Part shown: in pieces, positions 31,277 to 41,719 of the stretch
Position numbering within the stretch: the first letter of the stretch is position 1
Layout of the letters: each line of letters opens with the position of its first letter
Origin: an uncultured delta proteobacterium
GTDB lineage: Bacteria; Bdellovibrionota; FAC87; UBA2466
NCBI GenBank assembly: GCA_963778115.1
Contig: CAVZSV010000004.1
Location: 1,024,001-1,088,000, forward strand
DNA length: 64,000 nt
Direction of reading: 5' to 3'
Program-made: the position numbers and the translations under genes
The notes under the pieces: model-generated
What the model was told of the DNA's origin: nothing
Seen by the model: only the letters and a program-made list of their open reading frames with translations
The model's database searches: none

Positions 31277-31915
31277 ATGTGGCTACGTCTTACATTATTT
31301 TTCAGTTTGATCAGCGCCGCCACTCTTCTGGCCGACATGAGACCTACGGCCGATCACGACGGCACACTGCCCGTAAAGCCGCACCCAGTGAGAACCCTCG
31401 AAGGATGCGATGACGCTGGAAAGTCGGGAAGCATTGAGCAGATTGGAGAAACGCTTCCTCCCGATCGTATTTTCAAGATTCGGATAAAACGGGATGCCCA
31501 GGGAGAATGGACTTACTCTGACGATAAAAACGATCCCTGCACCACGGTATTTACTGACCCGAACTATCGCAAAGCGGATGGAACTCCCGTGATAAGCACG
31601 GTCGAAATTCCTAGTTATGCCACCGGGGATCAGTTACATACCCATTTCCCAAATCAAATCTATCTGTACGCGGGCCCTGACATGCAGGGAGTCGAAAAGT
31701 GGATTCCCGATAGCTGCGGTTGCCAACCGGAAGATGTCTACGCCACTTTAGTTAAGCGCGCGAACGGAAGATTGGAAGCGTTTCGCATCGATCCCCCGAA
31801 ACGAGGAGACGTAGGAGAACTCGCGTCCTCATTCAGGAAACCGCTCCTGCATCCGCTTGGCGCGATATTCGAAAATTCTAATCACGTCTCTTCGGACAAA
31901 CTTACCGACCAATAG
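31277..31915 (+). CDS. Secreted hypothetical protein
   Basis: Signal peptide; starts 1 nt after upstream stop. Confidence 0.7.
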   Translation: MWLRLTLFFSLISAATLLADMRPTADHDGTLPVKPHPVRTLEGCDDAGKSGSIEQIGETLPPDRIFKIRIKRDAQGEWTYSDDKNDPCTTVFTDPNYRKADGTPVISTVEIPSYATGDQLHTHFPNQIYLYAGPDMQGVEKWIPDSCGCQPEDVYATLVKRANGRLEAFRIDPPKRGDVGELASSFRKPLLHPLGAIFENSNHVSSDKLTDQ

Positions 31916-32299
31916 ACGCCCTAAGAAACCACCAGGAACCTCATACCGCACGCGATCGGTGACCAAGGTACCGCCGTCAATCGCCTTAAATTCGTGTGTG
32001 TGGTGCCAAAGTCGGTAAGGTCCCCGCACCTGAGTGTCTACGAACTCCTTGTCCAGGGTCCAGCGATCAATTCGAGATTGCCAACGTAGTGGGATTCCAT
32101 GCAGCGACAAACGGTAATCGATGAGGGTTCCTTGCTGCATCGCAGGGGTAGATTTTCCAAGCACTTTAAAATGCAACCATTCGGGCGTCAGCCTTTCCAA
32201 ATTTTCGGCATCGGAGAAAAAGGAAAAAACTTCCGCAATTGAAGCGGGCAGCCATTGTTCCGCGACCAAAATACCCTCTTCTGAAGAGATTACTTTCAT
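31829..32299 (-). CDS. SRPBCC family protein
   Basis: EVFSFFSDAENLERLTPEW, FVDTQVRGPYRLWHHTHEF, IFEYR; start trimmed to ATG 32299. Confidence 0.88.
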   Translation of the reverse strand: MKVISSEEGILVAEQWLPASIAEVFSFFSDAENLERLTPEWLHFKVLGKSTPAMQQGTLIDYRLSLHGIPLRWQSRIDRWTLDKEFVDTQVRGPYRLWHHTHEFKAIDGGTLVTDRVRYEVPGGFLGRLLVGKFVRRDVIRIFEYRAKRMQERFPE

Positions 32300-32312
32300 G
32301 CGACCACTTTCT

Positions 32313-33401
32313 ATGGGTAAACATAAGGCCGTGATTCCAGAATCGGAAAACCAGCCCCGTCCAGCCTCTATCGCCTCCCGTCTAAACGGGCTTGGGATTG
32401 AGTTCCCTTTCATGGTAGGGCCCATGGTTGGCCTCTCACACGTGGCGTTTCGAGAATTAGTCCGAAGTTACCTTCCCCCCAGCATTAAGTCGCTATTATT
32501 CACCGAAATGCTTTCGACGCGTAGGCTTCCCAGCGAACGCTTAAATGAGGCACAAGCACTTCGCTGTGCACCGGGAGAAAAATTCTTCGTCCCTCAACTT
32601 TTAGGAAATGAAGAAAGATTTATCGCCCCTAGCATCCAAAAACTTATGGCACTCTCTCCGTGGGGATTCGACATCAACATGGGATGCCCGGCCACTCACC
32701 TTCTCAAACATAATTGGGGAGTGATGCTGATGGGAGACAAGAAATACGCGGCCGATGTCGTTGCGATGACGAAACGTCACTCACCGGTTCCGGTCAGCGT
32801 AAAATTGCGCAGTGGCGGCAACAACAGTGAGCTGGACTATCTGCTCGATTTTACTGACGGCCTTGAATCCGCGGGCGCCGATTGGATTACTTTGCATTGC
32901 CGTTCTCAGGCTCAAGGGCATAACGGAGAGGCCGATTGGAATATTGTCGAACAGGTCGCTCACAAACGCACTATTCCCGTAGTGGCTAACGGAGACATTC
33001 AAACCGCTAGCGATGCACTACATCTGGTTAGAGATCGAAAAGTGGATGGAGCGATGATTGGGCGCGCGGCCACGGTTCGCCCGTGGATCCTTTGGCAAAT
33101 CGCTTTTCATCTCGAGTTGACCTCGGAAAAGCCCCCACTCACTCCCGATGAAGAGAGCAAAGAGTATTTCACAGCCTGTTTGCGGTTTCTGGATCTATTA
33201 ACCCAATATAGCGACGACGAACGTTACAATTTAAAGAAATTTCTCTTCTTTGTCGGAGTGGGATCCAAATGGTTTCATTTCGGCCATTACTTTTGGAAAG
33301 TCATGACCAATGCAAAGACCATTGCTCAAGCCAAAGATCTCGTCCACGACTATTCGATGAAAAATGCCCACCCTTTACACGCTCGAGTGACCTTCCACTA
33401 A
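32313..33401 (+). CDS. tRNA-dihydrouridine synthase family protein
   Basis: GPMVG, FTEM, DINMGCP, PVSVKLR, PVVANGDI, GAMIGRAA; start ATG 32298 or 32313. Confidence 0.9.
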   Translation: MGKHKAVIPESENQPRPASIASRLNGLGIEFPFMVGPMVGLSHVAFRELVRSYLPPSIKSLLFTEMLSTRRLPSERLNEAQALRCAPGEKFFVPQLLGNEERFIAPSIQKLMALSPWGFDINMGCPATHLLKHNWGVMLMGDKKYAADVVAMTKRHSPVPVSVKLRSGGNNSELDYLLDFTDGLESAGADWITLHCRSQAQGHNGEADWNIVEQVAHKRTIPVVANGDIQTASDALHLVRDRKVDGAMIGRAATVRPWILWQIAFHLELTSEKPPLTPDEESKEYFTACLRFLDLLTQYSDDERYNLKKFLFFVGVGSKWFHFGHYFWKVMTNAKTIAQAKDLVHDYSMKNAHPLHARVTFH

Positions 33402-34001
33402 CTAGCGAGATCCTCTAACCTCAGGCTGCCCCAGATGTTTGGTATTTGGCCATTCCATTATCTTCAGTAAGGGCTCGGCCTGTCTTAGAAAGGAGGGGGG
33501 AAGTCCTGCTACTTTGCGATACAGATTCAAGACCTCTAAATCCAATGCATGTAGATCTTTGCTCTCTATAGAAGCATCCTCGTTAACCAAGATAGCAAAA
33601 TACGCTTGGCGACCCTCTTGGCTATCTTTCACCACCGCGGCCGCTGGAATTTCGTCGGACTCTGCCTCTTCTAACTGTTTTCGAAAATCGGACTCACTCG
33701 CCGCAACAATCCGCGTGAAGCGTAAAGCAACGATTAGCCGCTCCCGCTCCTCCTCGGGTAAAGAAAGATGAGGCTGTGCTTTCAAGTTCTCTAAGAAATG
33801 TAGACAAAGATGCGCGCGTTTTCGGATTTGGCACAACGTTTCAGATTCCTTAGCGCCAGCTGGGGGACTCGCCGGCTTCGCCTCCGCGGGGGGAAGTTGG
33901 GATTCCGCGAAAATAGACGGGGGGACTAAGAAAAAAAAGTTCAAGACCAGAATGGCTGCGATTACCTTTAAGTCGGCCTGGTAAGGCTGATAAGACTTCA
34001 T
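33402..34001 (-). CDS. Secreted hypothetical protein
   Basis: ATG 34001 with GAGGGGGAG RBS, hydrophobic N-terminal segment. Confidence 0.65.
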   Translation of the reverse strand: MKSYQPYQADLKVIAAILVLNFFFLVPPSIFAESQLPPAEAKPASPPAGAKESETLCQIRKRAHLCLHFLENLKAQPHLSLPEEERERLIVALRFTRIVAASESDFRKQLEEAESDEIPAAAVVKDSQEGRQAYFAILVNEDASIESKDLHALDLEVLNLYRKVAGLPPSFLRQAEPLLKIMEWPNTKHLGQPEVRGSR

Positions 34002-34252
34002 CTCCCCCTCCATGTTGTGGGATTTCGTCGTGCGAAGCATCAAAATGACTTTAAGGGTTACCTGTCAAGCTTTGGATTTCCCCAAGCATAAAACCTATCA
34101 CTTTCAGATAGTTAACCAATTGACGCTCCGGTCAAATCCAAGACAAGGCCCAATGGGGGAGGAAAGAGCCACTACCTTTTTGGAGCATCTAAAGATAATT
34201 TGGGTCGGGGGCGAAGAGCAGGGGTAGGCCCTCGAGGGATGGGAGGTTATCC

Positions 34253-35362
34253 ATGAAAACCCTTTTCGTCTTACTACCGTTACTAATTTCTTTGTCGTCC
34301 TTTTCCGCCGCGGCTCAAGACTGCACCAGTCTCTGGAGAACGTTTCTTAGTACTGACCCGCTAATTCCAAAGATGTTGGAAGGAGATTCCAACGCCGCTT
34401 ACATAGAATATTCTTTCCACGGAAATCCTAATGTGATGTTCCGAATCACTGGAAAATTTCCCAAAGCGAGATTCGTCAGTTTTCAAGCCTACAAGACAAG
34501 ATTGCAAACCAGTGTAGAGACTCTAGTAGACCGAGACATTCAACCCGACGCGGGTTCTCAAAATCCCTATCTCGATGGTGTGCCGCTGGACGCCACTTCG
34601 CGCAACTATACGATTGAGGTAGTTCCTCAAGGTGTGGTGTCAACTGCCGCAAATGTAGTCCACACCGCCGTGAATCGATTTGAGCAGGCAATCGAATACC
34701 GCATTTATTCTCCCAGTGAAGGCGTAACACTGACTCAAGACGACGTCCCCACGATTGAAGCATTCGATGTCGACACCGGAGCCCCTACCACCTGTCCTCA
34801 GTGGGACAATTATGTGCAGCCCGAGTTCCCCCAATTCATCTTGGACGTTGTGCCCGAGAAAGATCAATTCGCTTTCCAGTCCTTTGGACTGGATTTGGGC
34901 ACTAACGACGTTATTCCGGGTTATCTCTTTGCGGTGAATAAGGTTGTCGGAAACAACATTGCCATCGTGAAATTCAAAGCTCCCACTTTTGTAAATACCT
35001 ATACCGCCACCGGGGATTTCAATTCGGCGGGCAACGTTAGATATTATTCGCTCTGCACGGAGAACACTGTCATCTTCCAGACGTTAAACTGCCTGCCGGA
35101 CTACTTGGCCAAACCTGACGCAAACGGATACGTGACGGTTGTGATAGGAAGTGGCGCGGATGTCGAAGCGGCGGCGAATGCGAAAGGATATAATTTCCTT
35201 CCCGATACCCGCCAATCCAACCAAACCGCCATGCAGCTCGTGTATCGAAATTTGGTTCCCGATCCCACATTCGCCACGACTTCGATGTACCAGGGCGATT
35301 ATATTCCACAAGGGCAACTTTGCGATGCTGGCGATTTTGTCGCCGGAACTTGCGGCCCTTAA
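34253..35362 (+). CDS. Secreted hypothetical protein
   Basis: GGAGG RBS, signal peptide, GKFPKARFVSF and VRYYSLC motifs, paired Cys. Confidence 0.8.
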   Translation: MKTLFVLLPLLISLSSFSAAAQDCTSLWRTFLSTDPLIPKMLEGDSNAAYIEYSFHGNPNVMFRITGKFPKARFVSFQAYKTRLQTSVETLVDRDIQPDAGSQNPYLDGVPLDATSRNYTIEVVPQGVVSTAANVVHTAVNRFEQAIEYRIYSPSEGVTLTQDDVPTIEAFDVDTGAPTTCPQWDNYVQPEFPQFILDVVPEKDQFAFQSFGLDLGTNDVIPGYLFAVNKVVGNNIAIVKFKAPTFVNTYTATGDFNSAGNVRYYSLCTENTVIFQTLNCLPDYLAKPDANGYVTVVIGSGADVEAAANAKGYNFLPDTRQSNQTAMQLVYRNLVPDPTFATTSMYQGDYIPQGQLCDAGDFVAGTCGP

Positions 35363-36015
35363 AGGTTCCAAGTTGCGCGGATCTGCGTGACCTGGCTGTC
35401 TTCAGTGGGTAAGAGGCTCTGAAGTTCGTCGGCTAGCTGATGAAGTTCTAGAAGTGTTGTCGCTTTCAAAAAGCGGATCACTTTATGAAAGAGCTCTAGC
35501 TTCCTTTCCGACGGCTGCACCGACAAAAGCAGGGCGAGAATAAACTTTCTTTCCTGAGCCTCCGGTAACTGGCTCGTGTCCAAATGAACTTCCCAAAAAC
35601 CGGCATAAGCGTCTCCGGAAAGTGCCTTTAGTTCGATGGTCTCCCGTCGCATGCATCGAAATCCTCTTCTTAGCGTATTCGCTATCGAGGAATGAAGATG
35701 ATGATAAGCCCACATAAGGCGATGCATTTGGACTATCTGTTCTAGAAATCCTAGAGCTTGCCAAGGACGTCCCTCATTATCCGCGATCCACATCTGCTCC
35801 CAAAGCTTCTCTCTCTCTTTATAGAAATGTTCAAAACTCAGTATGGGGACCAGATTGATCAACTGTTGAATCATCGGCCCTTCTAGAAAAATGGGATTTT
35901 GAGGGGTATCTCCGCCTCCGGTATGGATAGCGCGGGCACATGCCATCGCTTCGATAGCTCCGATAAAGATAAAAGACACTAAGAGAAGGACAGTATGACA
36001 GCGTCTTGCGTTCAA
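35359..36015 (-). CDS. Hypothetical protein, probably secreted
   Basis: 218-aa ORF with signal-like N-terminus. Confidence 0.55.
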   Translation of the reverse strand: MNARRCHTVLLLVSFIFIGAIEAMACARAIHTGGGDTPQNPIFLEGPMIQQLINLVPILSFEHFYKEREKLWEQMWIADNEGRPWQALGFLEQIVQMHRLMWAYHHLHSSIANTLRRGFRCMRRETIELKALSGDAYAGFWEVHLDTSQLPEAQERKFILALLLSVQPSERKLELFHKVIRFLKATTLLELHQLADELQSLLPTEDSQVTQIRATWNL

Positions 36016-36120
36016 AAAGATTCCTTAACTTCCCACGACTCTATCTGCAAGATCTAACCTAAACTACTCGTCGATAACAGAATATGTGACCAGAGACATC
36101 CTTTTTTGTTATAGGAAAGT

Positions 36121-36663
36121 GTGGGCCATTTAACTCTTCTTTTGCTTTTCCTACTTTCATCAGCCCCTAGTGTTACGGCGGCAGATGAAATCCCCTCTTT
36201 TGTTCCGCCTAATCGCCTTTTGGAGGTCGTTTCACAGACGAATTTTAAATTGAATTGGCTACGGAATGTAGAAAACCGACAGAAAGATGGGCTTACGGAG
36301 GAACGTGTTGCCGATGAAATTTACGAAAATGAAATGTTCTTAGGGGATATTTTCCATGCTCTGGGCCATATGGCCGAAGACCTGGGGGATAGCGTTTCGG
36401 CGGAAAGGTGGTTCGTGAAGATGTTGTGGCAATACCGCAAGTATCCCATGGCCATCTCCGAAAACCTGCAGATGGTGGGGCTAGAACACGCGGCCTATCA
36501 CTTTCACGTCATGCACCAAACGCACCTCACTCATGGACAAAGTGCCCAAATCGATTTCACGGAACGGATACTGGATAGAGTCGGCGAGGACGACCAATCA
36601 AGGAGGTTACTTGTGCCGTGCCGCTTTGCTCTTCTCCGTCAGGCTAGAAGATATCGCTTCTAG
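36121..36663 (+). CDS. Secreted hypothetical protein (TPR-like helices)
   Basis: Signal peptide, AGGA RBS, IFHALGHMAEDLGDSVSAERWF TPR-like segment. Confidence 0.6.
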   Translation: MGHLTLLLLFLLSSAPSVTAADEIPSFVPPNRLLEVVSQTNFKLNWLRNVENRQKDGLTEERVADEIYENEMFLGDIFHALGHMAEDLGDSVSAERWFVKMLWQYRKYPMAISENLQMVGLEHAAYHFHVMHQTHLTHGQSAQIDFTERILDRVGEDDQSRRLLVPCRFALLRQARRYRF

Positions 36664-36892
36664 GAGGTGATTTGTGAAGGCTTTAACGACCAAGGTTTGA
36701 TACCGCCTAGCGCTTGTCCAGCGCGTTTAGGAGGCCGAAAACCTCTATAGTTCTGCGTAAAAAATCTGCCGTCCCAGAAAATTAGTTCGCCAGGTGTACA
36801 AACTTTTGACACTACGCAAATTCATCGTCGAAAACCCGTTACGAAATCACCCATCGGATTGAAAGGTTACCGGGATGACAGATTTAAAACGT

Positions 36893-36907
36893 TGGCATAG
36901 CACTTGC
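36893..36907 (+). promoter_or_regulatory. Putative sigma54 promoter
   Basis: TGGCATAGCACTTGC (GG-N10-GC), about 40 nt upstream of ATG 36947. Confidence 0.6.
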
Positions 36908-36946
36908 GATGTTAAGCACACAGGTACCACAATACGCGGGGGCAAC

Positions 36947-37279
36947 ATGAAATCATATTTTGGGTTCGTTCTAGTCTTTCTTTGCTTCTTTCCACTGTCT
37001 TATTCTTTCTCTCACTCTTGCGATCACGACAAAGGGCAGTCTAACTCTTCGAGCAACTCGGGACCCGCTGGCGGAGGTGGCGATGCGGCTACCAATGCCT
37101 ATGTCTCTTGTGTGCAGAGCCAATGTCCTGGCAGCAATTCTCAATGTCTAGCCACCTGTGCTAGGGGAACGGCCTCCGAAGCCGGTATTCAGCCCGGGGC
37201 CGATCCACTAGGAAATCAGGGAGCACAGCTAATTGTCGAAGATTCGATAAAAGAGCCCGAGCCTCCGCCAGCTCAATAA
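36947..37279 (+). CDS. Small secreted Cys-containing protein
   Basis: Signal peptide; CVQSQC and CLATC (CxxxxC/CxxxC) core. Confidence 0.7.
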   Translation: MKSYFGFVLVFLCFFPLSYSFSHSCDHDKGQSNSSSNSGPAGGGGDAATNAYVSCVQSQCPGSNSQCLATCARGTASEAGIQPGADPLGNQGAQLIVEDSIKEPEPPPAQ

Positions 37280-38572
37280 GCTAAAGGCAAAATCCATCGT
37301 GCCGTCCGCCACGTCCATGGCTCGACACCAAGATCGAAACTCAGGATCGATCCAGGGCTGCAGGGGACGGCCATTTAGCGCCCCTTTTAGTGCCGCGTGG
37401 ATTTCAACAGGCTCCTTGAGTTGACTAGTCACTTTATCTTTAAGGTGATGGGCGAATTGCCGCACCAATTCAGGATCGATAGCCATGGCTTGCCATTGTC
37501 GCGGAGTCAAAAGCGATTGGGTCTGAAGTTGAATGGGCTTTCGGGGGTTCGCTAAGACAGCGGTGAAAGCCACTTCGCTATCCAGGTTATTTAGCTTCAT
37601 CCGCCAGGAGAACTTTTTCCCTTCGCCTGTCCAAGAGACATTTCCCCTGTAAAGTAAAAATCGCAAAGGGAACAAAACTTGGACTGCAAGGTAGATAACG
37701 ATTCCGGCATATACCCAAGGAATGCTTTCGCGACGAAGCGGTTCCCCTCGTGGGGGGAGTGGCCTGTGCTCATTCAAAAAACGGCGCGGCCAATCGGGCG
37801 AAAAAAAAAGTGCAGTCGCAACGACCATCAGCGGAGGAAAGATTCCGATATCGAATAACACCGAATTCAAGGCATGAAACAGAACTGCAACGACAAAACC
37901 CACCCGACGAGTTTTTGGAAATAACAGAAATGCAGGAATTAAAAAATCCACGGCAATGCCGGCATAGCTTGCCAAGTAAGCAAACCATGGCTTAGCCGCC
38001 AGGACGCCCAAAAGAGGAAGGTGGCGCGCTTCGGGAAGCCAAAGGAGCAAAGGCTGCCCGTGTAGCCAATCCGAATTGAGTTTGGCAACGCCTCCATAGA
38101 AGTAAACAAGGACGACCTGGGTGCGTAAGACGAAAAGGGCATAACTAGGAATGCTTCGACGACGCCATAAAGGATGCAATAGCGCATCTAAAGAAAAATC
38201 GCGGTGGGCTTGTGTAAACATCAAGACAAAACAGAACAGAATTGCCAAATAGAAATGGTTCAAATAATTGGTTTGGTCCAATAAGAATATATAGCTAAAT
38301 CCAAAAAACAGAATGACGATGCTCGCTCGATAGAAAAGGCCCAACATCACCAATAGCGCACTGACTCCGACTACGATGAAAGTAAGATGCATGCCCCAAG
38401 CGGGAAAGGGTCGTACCCAAGAAAAGCCTGGATAAGTAAAATGAAAAGAAGGAACGATGTAATCTGATTTAATCCATCCGTTCCAGGCAAACAGAATCAC
38501 TTCCCAAAGGAGCAAAGCCCCTAGGGTAATTCGCAGAATACAAAGAGATGCAACATCAGAAAGTGATTTCAT
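37273..38572 (-). CDS. HTTM-domain / vitamin K-dependent gamma-carboxylase-like protein, apparent +1 frameshift at about 37338
   Basis: YLNHFYL, YFYGGVAKLNSDWL, IGIFP, WTGEGKKFSWRMKL; removing one base restores IDPEFDLGVEPWTWRTARWILPLAY-stop. Confidence 0.88.
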
Positions 38573-38611
38573 AAGAGAAGTTCCTGCTATCATAGGCTAG
38601 AATGGTTCGTT

Positions 38612-39391
38612 ATGCGAATAAGCGTATGGATTGCGGTAGCGGTCATGACGGTATCGATAGTAGTAAATCGGGTATGGGCCAGAGATCTCTCGGCCGTAAA
38701 AGGTTCGGGAACTCTGATTCTAGGTTCTGACTTTCGCTCCCCACCCTTTAGCTACTATAAAAACAACGAACTAACGGGATTTGAGATCGATCTCAGCAAA
38801 GCTTTAGCAAAACATTTCCAGCTCACTCCAAAATTTGAGCTTTCTCGAATCAACTCTCTTTTAATCGGATTATCACAAGGAAGATTCGATTTAATGATCT
38901 CCTCGCATACGATAACGCCGGAACGCTCACTCCATGCTCAATTTACGTTACCGACTTACTGCGCAAATGCTGTGATCGTAAGCCTTCCCGGGGGACCGAA
39001 AACAGCATTAGACCTGAAAGGAAAGAAGGTCGCTGTTCCCGTCGGTGCTGTCTACAACGATAAACTCAAAGCCTTTCCTCACATAGGAAAGGTCATGACC
39101 TTTCCCGATGAGATCACAGCCCTTCAAAGTCTAACCGCTCGTCGAACCGATGTATGGGTGACCGATGAAATGCTGGCTTATGAAGCACAGAAGAATAACC
39201 CTAACGCGGGGCTTGTGGTGGGGGAAAGCCTCTTTAATGAGGTCAATGCGTGGGCAGTCGCCAAAGGAAACCCCGAATTGCTTGTTTTCGTTAATAAAGG
39301 ACTCAAAGCCCTCTACGAAGACGGGACCTACCTTACCCTGATGAAACGATACTTCGACCGAGATATTCGCTGCCCCGAATTTCGCCACTAG
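38612..39391 (+). CDS. Amino-acid ABC transporter substrate-binding protein (family 3)
   Basis: PPFSY, GFEIDL, GRFDLMIS, TITPER, DLKGKKVAV. Confidence 0.9.
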   Translation: MRISVWIAVAVMTVSIVVNRVWARDLSAVKGSGTLILGSDFRSPPFSYYKNNELTGFEIDLSKALAKHFQLTPKFELSRINSLLIGLSQGRFDLMISSHTITPERSLHAQFTLPTYCANAVIVSLPGGPKTALDLKGKKVAVPVGAVYNDKLKAFPHIGKVMTFPDEITALQSLTARRTDVWVTDEMLAYEAQKNNPNAGLVVGESLFNEVNAWAVAKGNPELLVFVNKGLKALYEDGTYLTLMKRYFDRDIRCPEFRH

Positions 39392-39442
39392 TTGTGGATC
39401 ATTTCTTACCGTGTTATCGCAAGACCTCTTAGGAGGTCGGAT

Positions 39443-40345
39443 ATGAAGAAGCTTGGGGTTTCTTTGATGCTCGCAGGTCTGATTTGGGGAAGTCTGTGGA
39501 GCACCGTTTCGGTGGCGGATGGGCCCTATTACCGCTTCTGGCAGGGCAATAAGCGTGACTTTTGGTACAACGATTCCGCGAAAGTCTTTACGCCGGATGA
39601 CTTCATCCGCAAACTCAATGAATGGCTGATTCCCGCGACCACCAGTTGCTGTGCCAAAGAGAGCCTACTCGCCTATCTTCCTGTCGTCCCTCCCTACCGC
39701 AAAGTGGAAGGACTCCACGACGAGTATGCTTTAATCGTTTACCACGATGAAGCCATTTATAAAAAAGTCAGAGACACCGATCCTGAAGGGATGGTGTATG
39801 GCCCCTTGCATGGCTATGTCTTCGATACTCAAGATCCCAAGTCCAGCCGATCCGCGGTCCCCATCCCTTTTGCGGGAAATATCGATATTTTTCTAAACGA
39901 CGCTACCGTTACTCCCAAAGAACGAGCCTACGATATTTTGGGATCCGATATCGATTGGCAAAAAGGCTTCACCGCTTTTCGGGTAGCGCTTCGCAAGGAA
40001 AAGGACGACGCGGCTTACGAAATAGCACTTGCCAACTATTTCTCGATGATAAAGGAAACAGCTCAACTGCTCCATCTTCAAGGTTATGTGGTCCTAATCG
40101 ACGATAAAAAGATGGTGGAATATACCAATTGGGCTTCGCAGGAGGATTTTAAGAATTTCTCAAGATCTAAATTTGAGATGGCGCCACCCGTGTCGCTAAT
40201 CTTATCCATATATGCAAAACCGCAAGAAAAGGTCGCTCCAGATCCGTTGAGCTATCCCTTCATCAACTTCGGCCAAGGGGGAACCATTCAATTTACCCCC
40301 GGGGAAAAACCGGGACAGGTTCACCATCCTTTGCTTAAGAATTAA
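39443..40345 (+). CDS. Secreted hypothetical protein
   Basis: AGGAGG RBS, ATG 39443, signal peptide. Confidence 0.75.
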   Translation: MKKLGVSLMLAGLIWGSLWSTVSVADGPYYRFWQGNKRDFWYNDSAKVFTPDDFIRKLNEWLIPATTSCCAKESLLAYLPVVPPYRKVEGLHDEYALIVYHDEAIYKKVRDTDPEGMVYGPLHGYVFDTQDPKSSRSAVPIPFAGNIDIFLNDATVTPKERAYDILGSDIDWQKGFTAFRVALRKEKDDAAYEIALANYFSMIKETAQLLHLQGYVVLIDDKKMVEYTNWASQEDFKNFSRSKFEMAPPVSLILSIYAKPQEKVAPDPLSYPFINFGQGGTIQFTPGEKPGQVHHPLLKN

Positions 40346-40371
40346 TTCCTTTTCCGACGGTTAATTTCAGA

Positions 40372-41652
40372 ATGTACCAATTGAGTTTTTTTATCCTGTG
40401 GCTCTTTTGTCTGATGGCACAAACCACTTGTGCGGCTCCTCAAACGGCTCCCGGAGTTTTCTGGATTGATGGGATTGAGGAAGAGCTTCCTTCAAGCGAC
40501 TTGAAACCTCTAAAAACGATGATTGGCGATGCCCAGGTGATTGCCTTGGGCGAGAGCGTTCATACGTCCGCTGGCTTTTATCAAGCAAAGTTTCGTCTTA
40601 TTAAATTCCTAGTCCAAGAGATGGGATTTCGATCCATAGCTTTCGAGACGCCACGATCTCAAGCCATGATCGCAACGAATTACGTGGATTCGGGAGCCGG
40701 TACTTCTCTGGTTGCGACCCGATCTCTTTTTTCGGTTTGGCAAAGTAATGAAGTTAGAAATTTACTAGCTTGGATGCGCCAGCACAACGAAGCGCACCCC
40801 AGAGATAAGGTGGTGTTTTTTGGCATCGACGCCCAGCAACCGGTTACCGATGGAAACGCGGTTCGGGCATTCTTGCAAAAAGTCATGCCCGACGATTTCA
40901 GCTATCGAAATGAACTGCGCTCCTGTATGGGGTATGGTTTTGATAGCGAACAGTCGTTTTTTGCTACGGGAATCCGTAACCAGATCCATAAAGATGAAGT
41001 GGTCATGACACAAGCTCAGTATGAATCGTGCCGCCAGGGTCTGCGACGACTGCGATTTTTTATGACTGAAAATGAGAGAGCGATTTCACGCGCGAGTTCA
41101 CCGTCAGAGTTTCTCTGGGCGCTTATCGCCTTGGATGGTTTTGAGAGCTCGCAAGATTCCTTTTTTTCATCGGGCCGTGACAGAGCGCTTCGCTTCTCGA
41201 GTCGAGATCAAACGCTTGCCACCAATCTTATCCGGATGAAAAGCCTCCTTGCCCCCAGAACCAAGACCGTGGTCTGGGCCCACAACGGTCACATCGCGCG
41301 GGGATTCGATAAGATGCCCAAAGGAAATCTTCCCGGAAAGAATATGGGTTCTGTCTTGGCCGAATATCTAGGAAGCGACTATTTCGCCATCGGACTTATC
41401 GGTTATGACGTAAAAACGAACTGGCCCACCCCGGGGGGGCCGCCCTCGGTACTACCTCAGCGTGCAAATACGCTCCCTCTGATTTTGCACCAACAAGGAT
41501 GCCGATATCTACTGCTCGATGCGGCAAAGTCCTTTATGAATCGAGGGCGATTAAAGATCGAAACGGACTATCAGTTTCCTGTCATGGCGAGCGACCATTA
41601 TGACGCTTTACTGTATCTCGATTATTCAGCGCCCATGGAATATGTTCGGTAA
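40372..41652 (+). CDS. Erythromycin esterase family protein
   Basis: IALGESVH, GFRSIAFE, FFGIDAQ, RDQTLA, VVWAHNGHI motifs; signal peptide. Confidence 0.88.
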   Translation: MYQLSFFILWLFCLMAQTTCAAPQTAPGVFWIDGIEEELPSSDLKPLKTMIGDAQVIALGESVHTSAGFYQAKFRLIKFLVQEMGFRSIAFETPRSQAMIATNYVDSGAGTSLVATRSLFSVWQSNEVRNLLAWMRQHNEAHPRDKVVFFGIDAQQPVTDGNAVRAFLQKVMPDDFSYRNELRSCMGYGFDSEQSFFATGIRNQIHKDEVVMTQAQYESCRQGLRRLRFFMTENERAISRASSPSEFLWALIALDGFESSQDSFFSSGRDRALRFSSRDQTLATNLIRMKSLLAPRTKTVVWAHNGHIARGFDKMPKGNLPGKNMGSVLAEYLGSDYFAIGLIGYDVKTNWPTPGGPPSVLPQRANTLPLILHQQGCRYLLLDAAKSFMNRGRLKIETDYQFPVMASDHYDALLYLDYSAPMEYVR

Positions 41653-41719
41653 TTAGAGTGCCTTCACGATGCTCATCCTAATGCACCAAGATTGGTCGAT
41701 TAGTCAGTCGCTTCGCTTC

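Noticed and set aside
32121..32425. Long overlapping N-termini of dus and SRPBCC ORFs
   Set aside because: Each extension is the antisense reading of the other gene.
40372..41652. Macrolide resistance call for the erythromycin esterase family gene
   Set aside because: The family contains many non-resistance members and there is no mobile context.
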